A stretch of 64,000 bases of DNA from Heterodontus francisci. Taxonomy: Eukaryota. The stretch spans positions 13,702,001-13,766,000 of the forward strand of contig NC_090415.1 of the NCBI RefSeq assembly GCF_036365525.1. The letters run 5' to 3'. Shown here piece after piece: positions 39,008 to 53,003 of the stretch (positions are counted from its first letter, which is position 1; each line of letters opens with the position of its first letter). A program made the position numbers and the translations under genes. Under the pieces are notes generated by a model. The model was not told the DNA's origin, did not search any database, and was given only the letters and a program-made list of their open reading frames with translations.

Positions 39008-39353
39008 TTAGTTTAGTTCAGAGATACAGCACTGAAACAGACCCTTCGGCCCACCGAGACTGTGCCGACCATCAACCACCCATTTATACTAATCCTACAC
39101 GAATCCCATATTCCTACCACATCCCCACCTGTCCCTATATTTCCCTACCACCTCCCTATACTAGGGGCAATTTATAATGGCCAATTAACCGAGCAACCTG
39201 CAAGTCTTTGGCATGTGGGAGGAAACCAGAGCACCCGGAGGAAACCCACGCAGACACAGGGAGAACTTGCAAACTCCACACGGGCAGTACCCAGAATTGA
39301 ACCCGGGTCGCTGGAGCTGTGAGGCTGCGGTGCTAACCACTGCGCCACTGTGC
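39008..39353 (-). mobile_element. HE1-type V-SINE, full length, inserted in the LINE tail
   Basis: Head, V-domain and tail all recognisable on the minus strand. Confidence 0.9.
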
Positions 39354-39364
39354 TGTACTGTTCT

Positions 39365-40910
39365 ACACCCCGTATCCTGAGACTGTGAGCCCTGGTTCTG
39401 GACTCCCCAGCCATCGGGAACATCCTCCCTGCATTTAGCATGAATCCTGTTAGAATTTTATAGGTTTCTATGAGATCCCCTCTCATTCTTCTAAACCAAA
39501 GTAAATGGAGGCCTACTTGACCCAATCTCTCCTCGTACATCAATCCTGCCATCCCAGGAACCAAGGCGAGAACAAAATTCCTAAGATAAATAGACCAAAA
39601 CTACACACAATACGGTGGCACAGTGGTTAGCACCACAGCCTCACAGCTCCAGCGACATGGGTTTGGTTCTGGGGACTGCCTGTGCAGAGTTTGCAAGTTC
39701 TTCCTGTGACCATGTGGGTTTCCGCCGGGCGATCTGATTTTCTCCCACAGCCAAAGACTTGCAGGTTGATAGGTAAATTGGCCATTGTAAATTGCCCCTA
39801 GTATAGGTTGGTGGAAGGGAAGGTGGTTAGAGGTAGGGAATATGGGATTAATGTAGGATTAGTATAAATAGGTGGTTGTTGGTCGGATGGGGTTAATGTA
39901 GGATTAGTATAAAAATGGGTGGTTGTTGGTCAGCACAGACTCGGTTGCCCAAAGGGCCTGGTTCAGTGCTGTATCACTCTTTGACTCGAAATACTCCAGA
40001 TGAGTCTCACCAAGGCCTTGTATAACTGCAGTAAGACATCTGTGCTCCTGTACTCAAATCCTCTTGCAACGAAGGCCAACATACCATTTTCCTTCCTAAT
40101 TGCTTGCTGCACCTGAATGCTTGCTTTCAGCGACTGATGTACAAGGACACCCAGGTCTCGTTGCACCTCCCCCTTTCCCTATCTATCACTATTCAGATAA
40201 TAATCTGCTTTACTATTTTAAAACCAAAATGGATAAATTCACTTTTATCCAATTTATATTTCATCTGCCACACAGTTGCCTACTCACCCAACTTGTCCAA
40301 ATCACATTGGAGCCTTTTGCATCCTCCTCACAGCTCACAATCCCCCCCCCCCAAACCCCACCCCCAGCTCTGTGTCATCTGCAAACCTGGAAATGTTACA
40401 TTTACTTCCCTCACCCAAGTCTCTAAGATATATTGTGAATAGCTGGGGCTCAAGCACAGTTTCCTGCAGTACCCCACTGGACCCTGCCTGCCACCCAGAA
40501 ATATACCCATTTATTCCTACTCTGTTTCCTGTCTGTCAACTAATTCCCAATCCCTGCCAGTATATTACCCCCAATCCCATGTGCTTTAATTTTGCACACT
40601 AACCTCTTATGTGGGACCTTGTCAAAAGCCTTCTGAAAATCCTAATGCACCACATCCACTAGTTCTCCATTATCGAGTCTGCTAGTTACATCCTCAAAAA
40701 ACTCCAGTGGATTTGTTAAGCATGACTTCTCTTTTGCAAAATTATCACATCCTTTATAATAGACTCCAGCATTTTCCCCACGACTGATGTAAGGTTCACT
40801 CATCTGTAATTCCTTTTTTTTTCCTCCCTCCTTGTTTTAAATAGTGAGGTTACGTTTTCCACCCTCCAATCTGTACGAACTGCTCCAGAGTCTACAGAAT
40901 TTTGGAATAT
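39365..40910 (-). mobile_element. Decayed CR1 RT fragment with nested SINE
   Basis: QRDLGVLVH, RGDLIETYKI on the minus strand. Confidence 0.8.
39614..39988 (+). mobile_element. HE1-type V-SINE with internal ~45-bp tandem duplication
   Basis: Head ggtggcacagtggttagcacc; ttaatgtaggattagtataaa..ggtggttgttggtc occurs twice (39848-39931). Confidence 0.85.
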
Positions 40911-42682
40911 CCGGTACTTCATATGTATCTCAGGCATTGTGGTGACAACTCTTTGTTTCACACGTTAATGTATCAATATGTGTTTACTTGTGTTTAATTT
41001 AAAATATGGATTAACAATGTTTTATTGCTGTAGGTTTTATTCAATTCTTGTTTGTGAGTTGTAGCTTTTTATCCAATTTGTATCTCTGCAAAAGCAATTG
41101 TGAATGACAATCTTTCAATTTTAGAGTATGACCTGACATGTAATGTTAAATTCCATCAGTTTGTAGTAAATGAATTAATCCTGTATGTTTTTGTCTGACC
41201 CTTAGTGACATGTTTACACTGGTGTGTAATTTGTAGTTCAGTTTATATTGTGGGGTATGTTATTGGGATTCATTCTGTAGCTTTCAATCAGGTACATTTT
41301 GTCTGTTCTGTTTAAGATTTGGTATTTGAATTGTAGCCAAGGTGACACAGTGTAATTAAATCAGATAATGTGTGTGTTTTTGGACTGTGAATCATGTATC
41401 TACCAGTCAGTTGGAGAGAAATAGAAACAAATACTATCTCTATGCTCTGTTTGACTATTGGATTGATAATGTGTCTCTTTGGGATCAGTCTGGGTCTGAC
41501 TACTTCTTTTGTTTGTTACAGTGGAAATGATGACCTGACCGTGTCACTGTGCTTTGTGACTGATACTGTACCTAATATGTGTTGGAACGAGCTGGAGGTA
41601 CTTTTCCATATATTGACGAGTCATGACTTTCGTTCTGGTTCCTTCGAGTGTTTGCCTGGCAGAAAAAAAAGGTAACTCTTACACTTGAAGAACAGGTGAG
41701 TGAGAAGACACAAAAGTGATCAATGTAATATTTTCAATAATAATCATTCTGAGCAATCACAAAAGGAAAGTTCACACATAAGCAGTGTCAGTGTCTGAGT
41801 CCACTGCAGTACTGCAGCACTCTGCTTCTGTTTCCCAGGTATTTGGAGCAGTTTTACAGCAATTTTGTGACATTCAGAAACAACCCATGCCCCGCACTGC
41901 TCAATGACCTGGACGACTCAATGGAGAAGTGACATTTGCACAAGCCAGATTTCTATTTCCATGTTCAATTGTTCAATGGACAAGAAGTAATAACTGTTTA
42001 AAAAAGTGTCCTTAATCTCCTCTCCTGATCCTGCAATAGAGAGTCTTTGAAAATCTGCCATGTCTTCATTATTCAGCCATTTTTCCCCCACCATTCATCG
42101 AGAGATACAATACCTAAACAAGCCCTTCAACCCATCGAGTCCATGCTGACCACCAACCACCCATTTATACCAATCCTATATTAATCCCATTTTTCCCTCT
42201 AAAGTCCCCACTATTCTCCCACAACATATCTACACCAGGGGCATTTTTTTTTTTTGCAATGGCTAATTTACCTATCAACTTGTAAGTCTTTGGCATGTGG
42301 AAGGAAACCAGAGCACCCAGCGGAAACCCATGCAGTCACAGGGAAAACTTGTAAAATCCACACAAGCAGGACGAAGAACCGGACCAAAGTCACTGGAGCT
42401 GTGAGGTTGCGGTGCTAGTCACTGGGCCACTCTGCCACCCAATTCACTATCCAACAACAACAAACAGTGAGATATTGAATCCAAACCAGGAACATTCATT
42501 ACAGTTTGGAGAGAGAAATCAGCAATGATTTTGAAAAGGGAGTTCATCATATTCTGTCTCTCTCTCCCTGTCCAGACAGTGACCGAGAAAGACCTCTCCC
42601 TTTCACTTGGCTCACTCCATGTTCCGGGACCAGTTCCTGCTTCACAGTGCATATTACAAACAGTCCCTCAGTCCTGCTGAAT
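40910..42682. repeat. Local duplication, copy 1 (copy 2 at ~46815-48365)
   Basis: Shared text, e.g. cacgttaatgtatcaatatgtgttta and gagttcatcatattctgtctctctctccctgtccagaca. Confidence 0.85.
42100..42440 (-). mobile_element. Older HE1-type SINE
   Basis: Diverged head, V-domain and tail; absent from copy 2 at ~47975. Confidence 0.8.
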
Positions 42683-45600
42683 TAGCAGAAGTAGACCATT
42701 CAGCCGCTCGAGCTTGCTCCGCTATTCAATTTGTTCTTGGCTGATCAATTTCTGAGTTGAATTCCGCACTCCCATCTATGCCTGATAATCTTTGATTCCC
42801 TTGCCTAACAAGAATCTATCTACCCCTGCCTTAAAAATATTCAATTACCCCACCTCCACCACCTTCTGAGGCAGAGAATTCCAAAGTTGCACAACCCTCG
42901 GAGAGAATAAAATCTCATCTCTGTCCTAAAATGGCAACCCCTAATTGGAAAACAGCATCCCCGAGTTTTGAACTCATCCACAAGAGGAAACATCCTTTCC
43001 CCATACACTTGTCAAGACCATTCAGGATGTTATACACTTCAATCAAGTCTCCCCTCACTCTTCTAAACTCCAGTGAAGAAAAGCCCAGTCTGTCCAACCT
43101 TTCCTCATAAGACAACCCACTCATTCCAGGTATCAATCTAATAAACCTCCTGTGAAACACCTCCAACACATTTACTTCCTTCCTGAAATATGGAGACTAA
43201 AACTGCACGCAGTATTCAAGATGTGGTCACACCAATGCCCTGTATAACTGAAGCATAACATTCTTACATTTATTTTCAATTCCTCTCATGATAAAGGATA
43301 GTATTCCATTTTCCTTCTTGATGACTTGCTGTACCTGCATACTAACTTTTCATGACTCATGCACCAGAACACCTAGATCCCTCTGCACCTCGGAATTATG
43401 CAGTTGTTCTCCATTTAAGTAATACTTTGTTTTTTTAATCTTCCAGACAAAGTGAACAACTTCACATTTTTTCACATTACACTTCATCTGCCAGATTTCT
43501 GACCACTCACTCAACCATCTATCAAGGTCTGCAACCTCCTTATGTCCTCTTCACAACACACTTTCCTACTGATCTGTGTGTCATCTGCAAATTTAACTGC
43601 CATGCCATTGCTCCCCTCATCTAGGTTATGGATATAAACTGTAAAAAGTTGTGGGCCCAGCACAGACCCCTGTGTTACTCCACTTATCACATCCTCCCGA
43701 TCAGAATGTTTTCTGTCAGCCAGCCAATCTTCTATCCATGCTAATTAAGTTACCCACTACATCATGAACTCCTGCTTTGCACAATAACCTTTCATGTGGC
43801 ACCTTGACAAAGGCCTTCTTGAAAACCAAATACTGTATGTCAATGGGCTCCCCTTTATCCCCAGTGCATTTTCCTCCTTGAAAGAACTCTAATACTTTGG
43901 TTAACCATGATTTCCCTTTCACATAGCCATGCTGAACATTTCCAATGACCTTGTGTTTTTCTAAAGGCCCAGCTATAGCCTCCTTAATGATCAATTCTAA
44001 TACCTACCCTGAATCAGGGGTCAAGCTAACTGGCCTATAGTTACCCAATTTCTGCCTCCCCACCTTCTTGAATAGAAGGGTTATATTTGCTACTTTCCAG
44101 TCTGATGGAACCTTTTTGGAATCTAGTGAATCTTGAAAAAATAACAAGTCAACTATTTCAGCAGCCATAACTTTAAGGACCCGAGGATGAAGCCCATCAG
44201 GACCCAGAGACTTGTCAGCCAGCAGCTCCATCGGTTTACTCAGTACCACTTACCTGGTGATTGTAACTTCACCAAGTTCCTCTCTTCCTTCCACCTCCTG
44301 ATTAACTGCTATTACTGAAATATTTTGTGTATCCTCCAGTGAAGACAGAAGCCAAATAATTGTTCATTTCAACCACCATTTCCTTATTCGCTACTATTAA
44401 CTCCCCATTCTCATTCTCTAGAGGACCAACACTCACTTTACTTACACTTTTCCTTTTTAAATACCTATAGAAACACTTGCTATCCGTTTTTACATTTCTG
44501 GCTAATTTTCTGTCATAATCTAATTTATTTTCTCCTGATTAACCTTTTAGACATTCTCTGCCTTTCATTATATTCTGACCAATCATCTGACCTGCCACTC
44601 ATCTTTGCACAATTATATGCATTTTCTTTAAGGTTGAGGTTATCATTAACTTCTTTAGTTAACCATGGATGGTGGGTCCTCCCCTTGGAATTTTACTTTA
44701 CTGTAGGAGTATACTTTGAGTATTCTGAAATATCCCCTTAAAAGTCTGCCACTGCTTCTCTATTAATTTATCTGCAAGCCTAGAAACCCCGTTCAATTCA
44801 GCTAGCTCAGCTTGCATGCCCACATAGTTGTCCTTATTTAAGTTTAAAATACTCGTCTTAGACCCACTCCTCTCAATTTCAAACTGGATGCAAAATTCAA
44901 TCATATTGTGGTTGCTGCTACCTCGAGGTTCCTTTACTCTGAGGTCACTAATTAACCCTGTTAAATTACACAATACCAAATCTAATATAACCCTAGCTGG
45001 ATGGTTCCAGAATGTACCGCTCTAAGAAACTATCTCAAAAAGCATTCTATGAACTCCTCGTCCAGGCTGCTATAACCAATCTGAATTTTCCAGTTGAAAT
45101 GTTGAACAAAATCCTCATTATTATTTCTATCCCTTTATCACAAGCACCCAAAATTTCTTCTTGTATACTTCACCCTACATTGTCATTATTGCTTGGGGGC
45201 CTGTACACAACTCCCACGAGTGACTTCTTTCCCCGACTATTCCTCATCATCACCCAAACCGATTCGACATCCTGATCTCCTGAAGCAAGGTCATCTCTAA
45301 CTATTGCACCAATGCCATCCTTGATTAACAGTGCAACCCCTCCACCTTTATCTAACTTCCTATTCTTCTTGAATGCTGTATACGCCTCAATATTCAGGAC
45401 CCAACCATTGTTGTCTTGTAGCCATGTCTCTGTAATGGCTATTATATCATATTGATTTACTTCAATGTGCACTATCTGTTCCTCTACCTTGTTATGAATG
45501 CTATGTGCATTCACATACAGAGCCTTATATTTTTATTATCTTTGTAACCCCTCGTGTTGACTGTTGGTGTGTTCTTAGGTTTTTTTCTCTCTGTCCCTTC

Positions 45601-45860
45601 CGCCATTCACTGGTCTTCATTTCCCATATTACTATTCTGCTCTCTTGCCTTGACTCTACCCCTTGATTTGTTACATCTACCCAAGCTTGATCCCTCTGTT
45701 TAGTTCAAAGCCCTCTCTATTTCCCTAGTTATGCAGTTTGCCAGAACACTGGTCCAAGCCGTTTCAGGTGCAGACCGTCAGAATGGTACAGCCCCCATTT
45801 TCTCCGGTAATGGTGCCAGTGCCCCATGAACTGAACCCCACTTCTCCCACACCAGTCTTT
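42683..45860 (-). mobile_element. Decayed CR1 LINE spanning most of ORF2
   Basis: AITETWL, GVVYRPP, GPDGLHPRVLK, NYRPVSLT, RGDLIEVY on the minus strand. Confidence 0.88.
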
Positions 45861-45864
45861 TGGA

Positions 45865-46410
45865 GTGTAAGTGTCAATGTATACCTCTCAATTCCCTAAT
45901 CTACAATTTATCTCTGTCAGTTTCTGATTTTGAGTGTGTTTTTCTGTACCTGTTTCATGTGGGAATCATCTTATTCTGACCCTTTCAAATTTTGATGTGT
46001 CTGTGTGTCTGGCTTGTACTTTATCCCCATCAGTTTAGGGTATGTGAGTGTGGATTTGACTGTTAATATTACATTCTTGGGAATATATATATAAAAAAAA
46101 AAGATATGGGGGTTCACATTTCATCTTTGATTGTCTAGAAGGCCAATTTAAGGTTTAACCTGTGCCCTTAAATTTCTAACATGTAGCTGTAGTTTTTAAC
46201 CTGTCACTGTCACTATCTGTTATAAGAGTAAGGATATCATTCTGGTTTTTAATTGTGGATTTTTCACCACATCTCTACATTGTCTCGGAAGTGAATGTGA
46301 TTTTCAGTCTGTACATGCCTGTTTCTAACATATGGCTCTGAGGTTTAATTTGTACATGTCATTCCCTGGTATGTGACGGCCAATTCTATTCTGAACCTGT
46401 CAGTTTTTGT
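45865..46410. repeat. Degenerate ~41-bp array, block (paralog of ~11375-11910)
   Basis: Colinear similarity. Confidence 0.65.
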
Positions 46411-46682
46411 CTGTGCGGAGTTTGCAAGTTCTCCCTGTGACCGCATGGTTTTCCGTCGGGTGCTCTGGTTTCCTCCCACAGCCAAAGACTTGCAGGTTGA
46501 TAGGTGAATTGGCCATTGTAAATTCCCTCTAGTGTTGGTAGGAGAATGCTGGGGATGTGGTAGGGAATATGGGTTAATGTAGGATTGGTATAAATGGGTG
46601 GTTGTTGGTCGGCAGAGACTCGGTGGGCCGAAGGGCCTGTTTCAGTGCTGCATCGCTAAATAAATAAAATAAATAAATAAAT
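46410..46682 (+). mobile_element. HE1-type V-SINE, 5'-truncated, (TAAA)n tail
   Basis: V-domain ggagtttgcaagttctccctgtg; tail gggccgaagggcctgtttcagtgctg. Confidence 0.88.
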
Positions 46683-46814
46683 ATATGCAAGTTACTGATA
46701 CTATGTCTGTATATTTGATTCATTCCTGATCTGTGAGGCTCTGGCACCCTGGTTGAGTGTAGGATTCACTCTGCATCTATGTGTCTTTGTGCTGTATGTG
46801 AGTTGAGATCCTGC

Positions 46815-48365
46815 TGTATTCAGGACTTAATATATATTTCAGGCACTGTGTTGGCAATGCTTTGTTTCACACGTTAATGTATCAATATGTGTTTAATTTA
46901 AAATATGGATAAACAAAATTTTATTGCTGTAGGTTTTATGCAATTCTTGTTTGAGTTGCAGTTTGGTATCCAATTGTCGCTCTGAAAAAGCAATTATGAA
47001 TGACGAGCTTTTAATTTTAGAACATGACCTGATATGTAATGTCAAATTCCATCCGTTTGTAGAAAATGAATTAATCCTATGTGTTTTTGTCTGACCCTCA
47101 GTAACATGTTTGGACTGATGTGTAATTTGAAGCTCAGTTTATAGTGTGGGGTACGTTATTGGGATTCATTCTGTAGCTTTCAATCAGGTACATTTTGTCT
47201 GTTCTACTTAAGATTTGGGAATTGATTTGTAGTCAAGGCAACACAATGTATTTAAATCTGATAATGTGTGTGTTTTTGGACTGTGATTGATATCTCTACC
47301 AGTCAGTTGGAGTGAAATAGAAATGACGACTATCTCTAATGCTCTGTTTGACTATTGAATTGATAATGTGTCTCTTTGGGATCAGTGTGGGTCTGACTAC
47401 TTCTTTTGTTTGTTACACTGAAAATGACGACCTGACCATGTCAGTGTGCTTTGTGACTGATACTGTACCTACTGTGTATTGCAACGAGCTGGATGCACAT
47501 TTCCTTCTGTCGAGGAGTCATGCCTTTCCTTCTGGTTCCTTCAAGTGTTTGCCTGCAGGAAAAGAAAGTTAACTCTTATACTTGAATAACAGCTGAGTGA
47601 GAAGACAGAAAAGTGATCAACGTAATCTTTACAATAATAAACATTCTGAACAATCACAAAAGGAAAGTCAACAACACAAGCAGTGTCAGTGTCTGAGTCC
47701 ACTGCAGTACTGCAGAACTCTGCTTCTACTTGCCAGGTATTTGGAGCGGTTTTATAACAATTTTGTGACATTCAAAAACAACCCAAGCCCCGCACTGCTC
47801 CATGAATTGGAATACCCGATCGAGTAGTGACATTTGTGTAAGCCAGATTTCTATTTCCATGTCCCATTGTTCAACGGACAACAAGTAAGCACTGTTTAAA
47901 AAAGTGTCCTTAATCTTCTCACCTGGTCCCTTCAAATCTGCCGCATCTTTATTGTTCAGACATTTTTTTCTGCTGTTCACTATCCAATAACAATAAATAG
48001 TGAGATACTGGATCTGAACCAGGAACATTCATTACTGAAGAAGGGTCACTGACCTGAAGCGTTAACTCTGCTTCTCTCTCCACAGATGCAAATAGACCTG
48101 CTGAGTATTTCCATGATTTCTTGTTTTTATTTCAAATTTCCAGCATCCGCAGTATTTTGCTTTTTATTATAACATTCATTACTGTTTGGAGAGAGAAATC
48201 AGCAATGATTTTCAATAGTGAGTTCATCATATTCTGTCTCTCTCTCCCTGTCCAGACACTGCCTGAGAAAGACCTCTCCCTTCCCCCCCAGCTCACTCCA
48301 TGTTCCAGGACCAGTTCCTGCTCCACAATGTACATTACAAACTGTCCCCCACTCCCGCTGAATGT
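46815..48365. repeat. Local duplication, copy 2 of 40910-42682
   Basis: Direct sequence match. Confidence 0.85.
48038..48170 (+). mobile_element. 133-bp solo Penelope-arm insertion with 14-bp TSD
   Basis: TSD aacattcattactg at 48024-48037 and 48171-48184; empty site at ~42491-42504. Confidence 0.85.
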
Positions 48366-48444
48366 ACCCGGTAATCAATGCTAATCTATGAGCACATCGG
48401 CAGACACGGGCCCAAATCTGTTGTACTGCTGTGAGCAGATACTG

Positions 48445-48610
48445 TTTGTTCACTTACCCCAGGCTTGTAATGTCTCCATTTGCAGCTGATTTAAACAATC
48501 ACAGTGAATGGCGCTCAGAGGCAGATCTGGGGGATGGTGTGCGCATGCGCTCTTCTCCGCGTTATGACGTCATATTCGACTGTCCTTTCTCGCGCGTGCG
48601 CAGATCTCTG
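48445..48610. promoter_or_regulatory. CpG-rich promoter-like element with minus-strand splice donor (positional paralog of 17495-17720)
   Basis: NRF1 48540-48550, CRE TGACGTCA 48565-48572, gcgcgtgcgca 48592-48602, minus-strand GTAAGT ~48452-48457. Confidence 0.6.
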
Positions 48611-51269
48611 CAATAATTCAGCAAATAAACATCAATGGGAACATCCCCCAATGTCCACATTGAAAAGTCAAACATGGGGTTAGGGTGGAGGGAGGGAGGG
48701 GAAGTGTGGGGGAACATGGAACATATAAAACTGGCAGCTGGTCCCATTTAGATGCTCAAATTGCGGACTCTGTCTGCAGGGTGTTTGTTACTATTGAGCC
48801 CCTCTTCTCAAAGCGACAGAAACATGGGAAGAATGAGGGAGCCGGTGTATTTGCTGGGACTTTGCAGAGTTAATATCAGCCAGCAACATTTTATTTTACC
48901 CGAGTGAAAACCCAGGTCAATGAGAGTAATACCGGACGGCAATCTTCATCGTTTTATTTGAAACAAGAGACATGTGGAAGTACCGCGATTACACCGGACA
49001 CACAAGCACAGTGAGAATAGAGCTGGACCGTCCCAGAGTCCCAGCTCCCGGTTGTTAAATGTCCTCATGTACACAGTCTTTGCTGTGATTTTCAGGGGTT
49101 AGTTGCCGATGCCTAGGTCTGTATCCCTTAAACACTCTGAGCCAGGAGATTCTCGCAGTCCCTGTTGTAATATTGATGGACGGGGATTTTTCCAATCTTT
49201 GGCCGAGACGATCATAACCTGCTGTTCAATCATATTATTATTCAACGAATTAATGAGACATTCTGTTCACTACTCAGGCCTTGAACTCGGTTTGAGCAGA
49301 CCAAAAACTGAAAGGTTCAGCACTTTTCCAGATAGAGCAGGTAAAGCTGGATAGAGGGACTCAGGGTGAATCCTACACACACAGGATAGAAGCAGTGACA
49401 GATACCCAGGGAGGGGAACTGGTCTCCTTTCTGTTGCCTTCTTCTTTGGCCTCCTTGTCTCGAGAGACAATGGGTAAGCGCCTAGAGGTGGTCAGTGGTG
49501 TCAGTCGCTGTGAGGCAACTATGGAGTGACCTCTCCATGGCCTACTCACCCAAAAAGAGACAGTTAGAGACTGATTAAACATCCAACCCACTGCAATTCA
49601 GTACTGGAGAAAGACATAGACTCATCTACTCCATCCTTCCTTACTGTTTCTGTGACATGGTACAAGGGAAAGTTTTCCAGAGCCCCTCACTCACAGACAG
49701 CAACTGACGTGTGTTCAGACCATCAGTATTAGTCTATCACTTAGTCTGAACTGGGGTCTCTCCAAGAACCTGCAAATGCAGAATCCGGAAGCAGCTGTTT
49801 TGCTCAGAACTTGGTCGTAGCAGGAGAACACCAAGCTGAGTGTGGAAACATTTTAGATATGTCCTCAAATCATCTCTCATTTGGGAAGATAGTTTACAGT
49901 TCAGGGAAATTTGTCGGTAACATGTGAATTCGAGGCTCGAAGGCAGCATCCATACCTCCAAACGGGTCATTTACCTGAACCCTTCTAACACCACCTAACC
50001 CTCATGTGGCAGAGTCTGCAGATCATGCATTGGATTTATCAGCTATTTCAGAACCCATCAAACTGGAGTGTAAAAAGTCATCCATAATCGCAGGGGACTG
50101 CCTGAGATGGAGGAGAATAAATAGGTCAATATGACCATCATCAATAATAATAAAGTGCATTGGGAGGAGAGCGAGAGGAGGGAGATAGAATAGAGAGGGG
50201 AAGTGGCGACAGAAAATGTCCTGTGATTATTGGCCAAAATAGACCTACAAGGTACAAACTCAAGTTCTGTGATCAAGTCTGAGAGTTTATTAGGCTTAAC
50301 TAAGATAGATAAAGTGAATGCTGGGGCGTGGACTTCTCTCTTTCTGCTTCCCTTGCTGTTTTGTTGACCGTACTCTATCTTCTCCTTCTAAGTGTGAAAA
50401 TGATGTTCCGTGGACGCCTCTGTAAGTGCCGACAATGTCCCGTAACACCCTTTCTTTTACCCTTCTTTGGGTGCAAGGATGTCACCATATTAGCTTTAAA
50501 TTGTTCGAATTATCCTAATTGGCCCAAGTTGACATCATTGTTTGACCCGAGTTAGTTAATGGTTCAATCTACACACATTACAGATACTTCCTGTTCCTTT
50601 CTATTTTAACAAGGATACTAAAGGTCACATTCTTGCTGATAGAAGCCATTTTGATTTTGCAATTCTACAGTGTCCTATTTATCTCATCTCACCCCCTGTC
50701 AGGATGCTGTGGTCTTCAACCTATCTCTCCCATTGTTCTTACATAGAGGTTTTAACAGACTATAGCCTTGAAATGTCATTTCATAATGAAGCAAGCATTA
50801 GCTCAAACAGACTGTAATATATTGATGTACATAGCATACAATTAGTCCTATTATTGTAGCTGTCATTATTCACAAAGGCAAAATATGTCATGATCCATCA
50901 CCCCCACATTGTGGGCCCCCTCCTGCTGCATGACTTTTCCTTTTTGTCGTGACTCAGTGCATCATCCACACAGACACATCTCTCAACATGGCATTTTGAC
51001 ATATTCCTGTGAAGTTGACCCTCATGCTTTGCCATCCAGCCTTGACATAGCAGTTCTTGCATAAATGTAAGCCATGGAAATGTTCTAACCTTTACACAGA
51101 GTATAGCAGTGTTCAGGTGACACAGAAAATCCAGTGAATTGGGCAGAGACAATCAGTTGATCTATCAAAGTCTCTTAGTTTTATGCTCCTATCTATACTA
51201 CTTAATACACAACTATTCTTTTGCACCTGAAAAGCTTGGATAGATGACTCTGGATTGTGTTATGTAAGT

Positions 51270-51560
51270 AAGGGTTTGTTCTCCTTGGAGAAATGGAGAT
51301 TGAGAGGAGGTTTGACAGAGGTGTATATAAGTTAGACAAGGATAACCTGTTGCCATTAGCTGATGGTACAAGGACTAGGAGACACAGACTGATGGTTTAT
51401 GGCAAGAGATGGAAGGGAATGTGAGGAAGAACTTTTTCTGTTTTACCTGCTGGAACTCGCTGTCCACAAGTGTGGTGGAAGGAGAGACAATCAATGATTT
51501 CAATAAGAAACTGGATAAGCACTTGAAGGAAACAAACTTGCTGCAGGGCGACGCTGATCA
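51270..51560 (+). mobile_element. CR1 3' fragment
   Basis: ttgttctccttggag..gagattgagaggaggtttgacagaggtgtat..tggaactcgctg. Confidence 0.65.
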
Positions 51561-52004
51561 AGCAAGGAAGTGAATCTGATTGGATGTTGAGAATATTTTG
51601 TAAGTCTTATTTCTGAATTTGCATTGACATTTTTAAACTGCAAAATTCCACAGCACACTTGACCATCAACTTTAAGGGAGAAGAACATAATGTTGAGAAT
51701 ATTTGTCATCTTCAATTTAGTCATGGCTTTTCATTTGTCACATTCTGTAGCAAGGTTGCAGAAATATATTTGACCGCGAGTGGGCATTGCAATGACCGGG
51801 AATCTAATCTGGGTCAATTGTTTGGAAGGCAGATATACTCACCACTATACCAGCATCGCTGGTATACATGTAGCTCGTCATTTATACAGTATACACACCA
51901 GAGCTCATTGGAACTCAAATGTCATTTCAACCATTTCAATCTGCACCTGAACACCACGTTCATGTTCCCATTGGAGGATAGAATCATGGAATGGTTACAT
52001 CATC

Positions 52005-52215
52005 TCCTAGAAACCGACAAAATTCTAACAGGACTGGACAGACTAGATGTAGGAAGGATGTTCCTGATGGTGGGGGAGTCCAGGACCAGGGGTGACAGTC
52101 TAAAGATAAGGGGTAAGACATTTAGGACTGAGATGAGGAGGGATTTCTTGACCCAGGGAGTGGTGAACCTGTGGAATTCTCTACCACAGAAAAGAGTTGA
52201 GGCCAAATCATCAAA
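52005..52215 (+). mobile_element. CR1 3' fragment
   Basis: KILTGLDRLDVGRMF..ESRTRG..VVNLWNSLPQ. Confidence 0.75.
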
Positions 52216-52814
52216 TAAATTAGTAAAAGTGGTAGTTGCACTGGTTTCGGGCGTTCAGCTGCTCACCAGATGAAATGCATTTCAGTTTCCTCTTGTCATA
52301 TTTGTAAGGCAATTTTTTTTACACTTCTACACTTTGTGTACTACTAAAGCGTGTCTGGAATTCGAAAATGATCGTCGCTTCTGTCGAAAGGGATCTCGGG
52401 AAACGCGGAGAAAGCGGGAACAGTTTACTGCGTTTCGATGATCTGCCATGATCTGATTGAATGGCGGTGCAGGCTGGAAGGACCGAATGGCCGACTCCTG
52501 CTCCTATTTTTCTATGTTGCTGAGGCAGCGACCGTTGGGCCCGTCGTGTCGGGGCCGGCTCTCTGCAAGACCAGCTCACCACCTCCCACCAACCCGCCTT
52601 TTCTCCATAACTCTGCAGTTTTGTTTTATTCTCGATATAATTATCCAATTCTGTTTTCAGGGTCTCGATTGAATCTGCCCCCAACACACTCGATGTTATT
52701 CCTCTCCAATTTCAGATATTTCTGAAGGAATGGGAATATTCTTGCATGACTCACTTTTAACCAGTAGATGGCATCAGTCTACAATCATTTGGATCTTGTG
52801 ATTTGTGTACACAC

Positions 52815-52970
52815 ATATCGACCGCAATGGGTCTGCTGCTGCCCGGGGAGTTCTCCAAGCACGCCGCCTTGGCAGGGACAAAAATACTGACGAATTATCC
52901 CAGTTCCTTGTAAATCTCCACAATGTACAGAAATAAAACACGAAACGCAACATCTCTTTTAAAATCCGCC
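52815..52970 (+). pseudogene. H2B: Old decayed H2B C-terminal fragment with degenerate 3'UTR/stem-loop
   Basis: 52815-52913 translates ISTAMGLLLPGEFSKHAALAGTKILTNYPSSL* versus [32 protein letters not shown]; followed by catctcttttaaaatccgcc. Confidence 0.8.
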
Positions 52971-53003
52971 GACAGCTTCTTTGAAACAACTGCTCTGAAA
53001 AAA

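Noticed and set aside
49438-49500. Possible RTE-type repeat fragment (ttcttctttggcctccttgtctcgagagacaatgggtaagcgcc)
   Set aside because: Recognised only vaguely from memory, ~60 bp, no supporting ORF; needs a repeat-library search.
51659-52273. 204-aa ORF
   Set aside because: Chimeric: featureless N-half with a non-ATG start fused to a CR1 C-terminal fragment.
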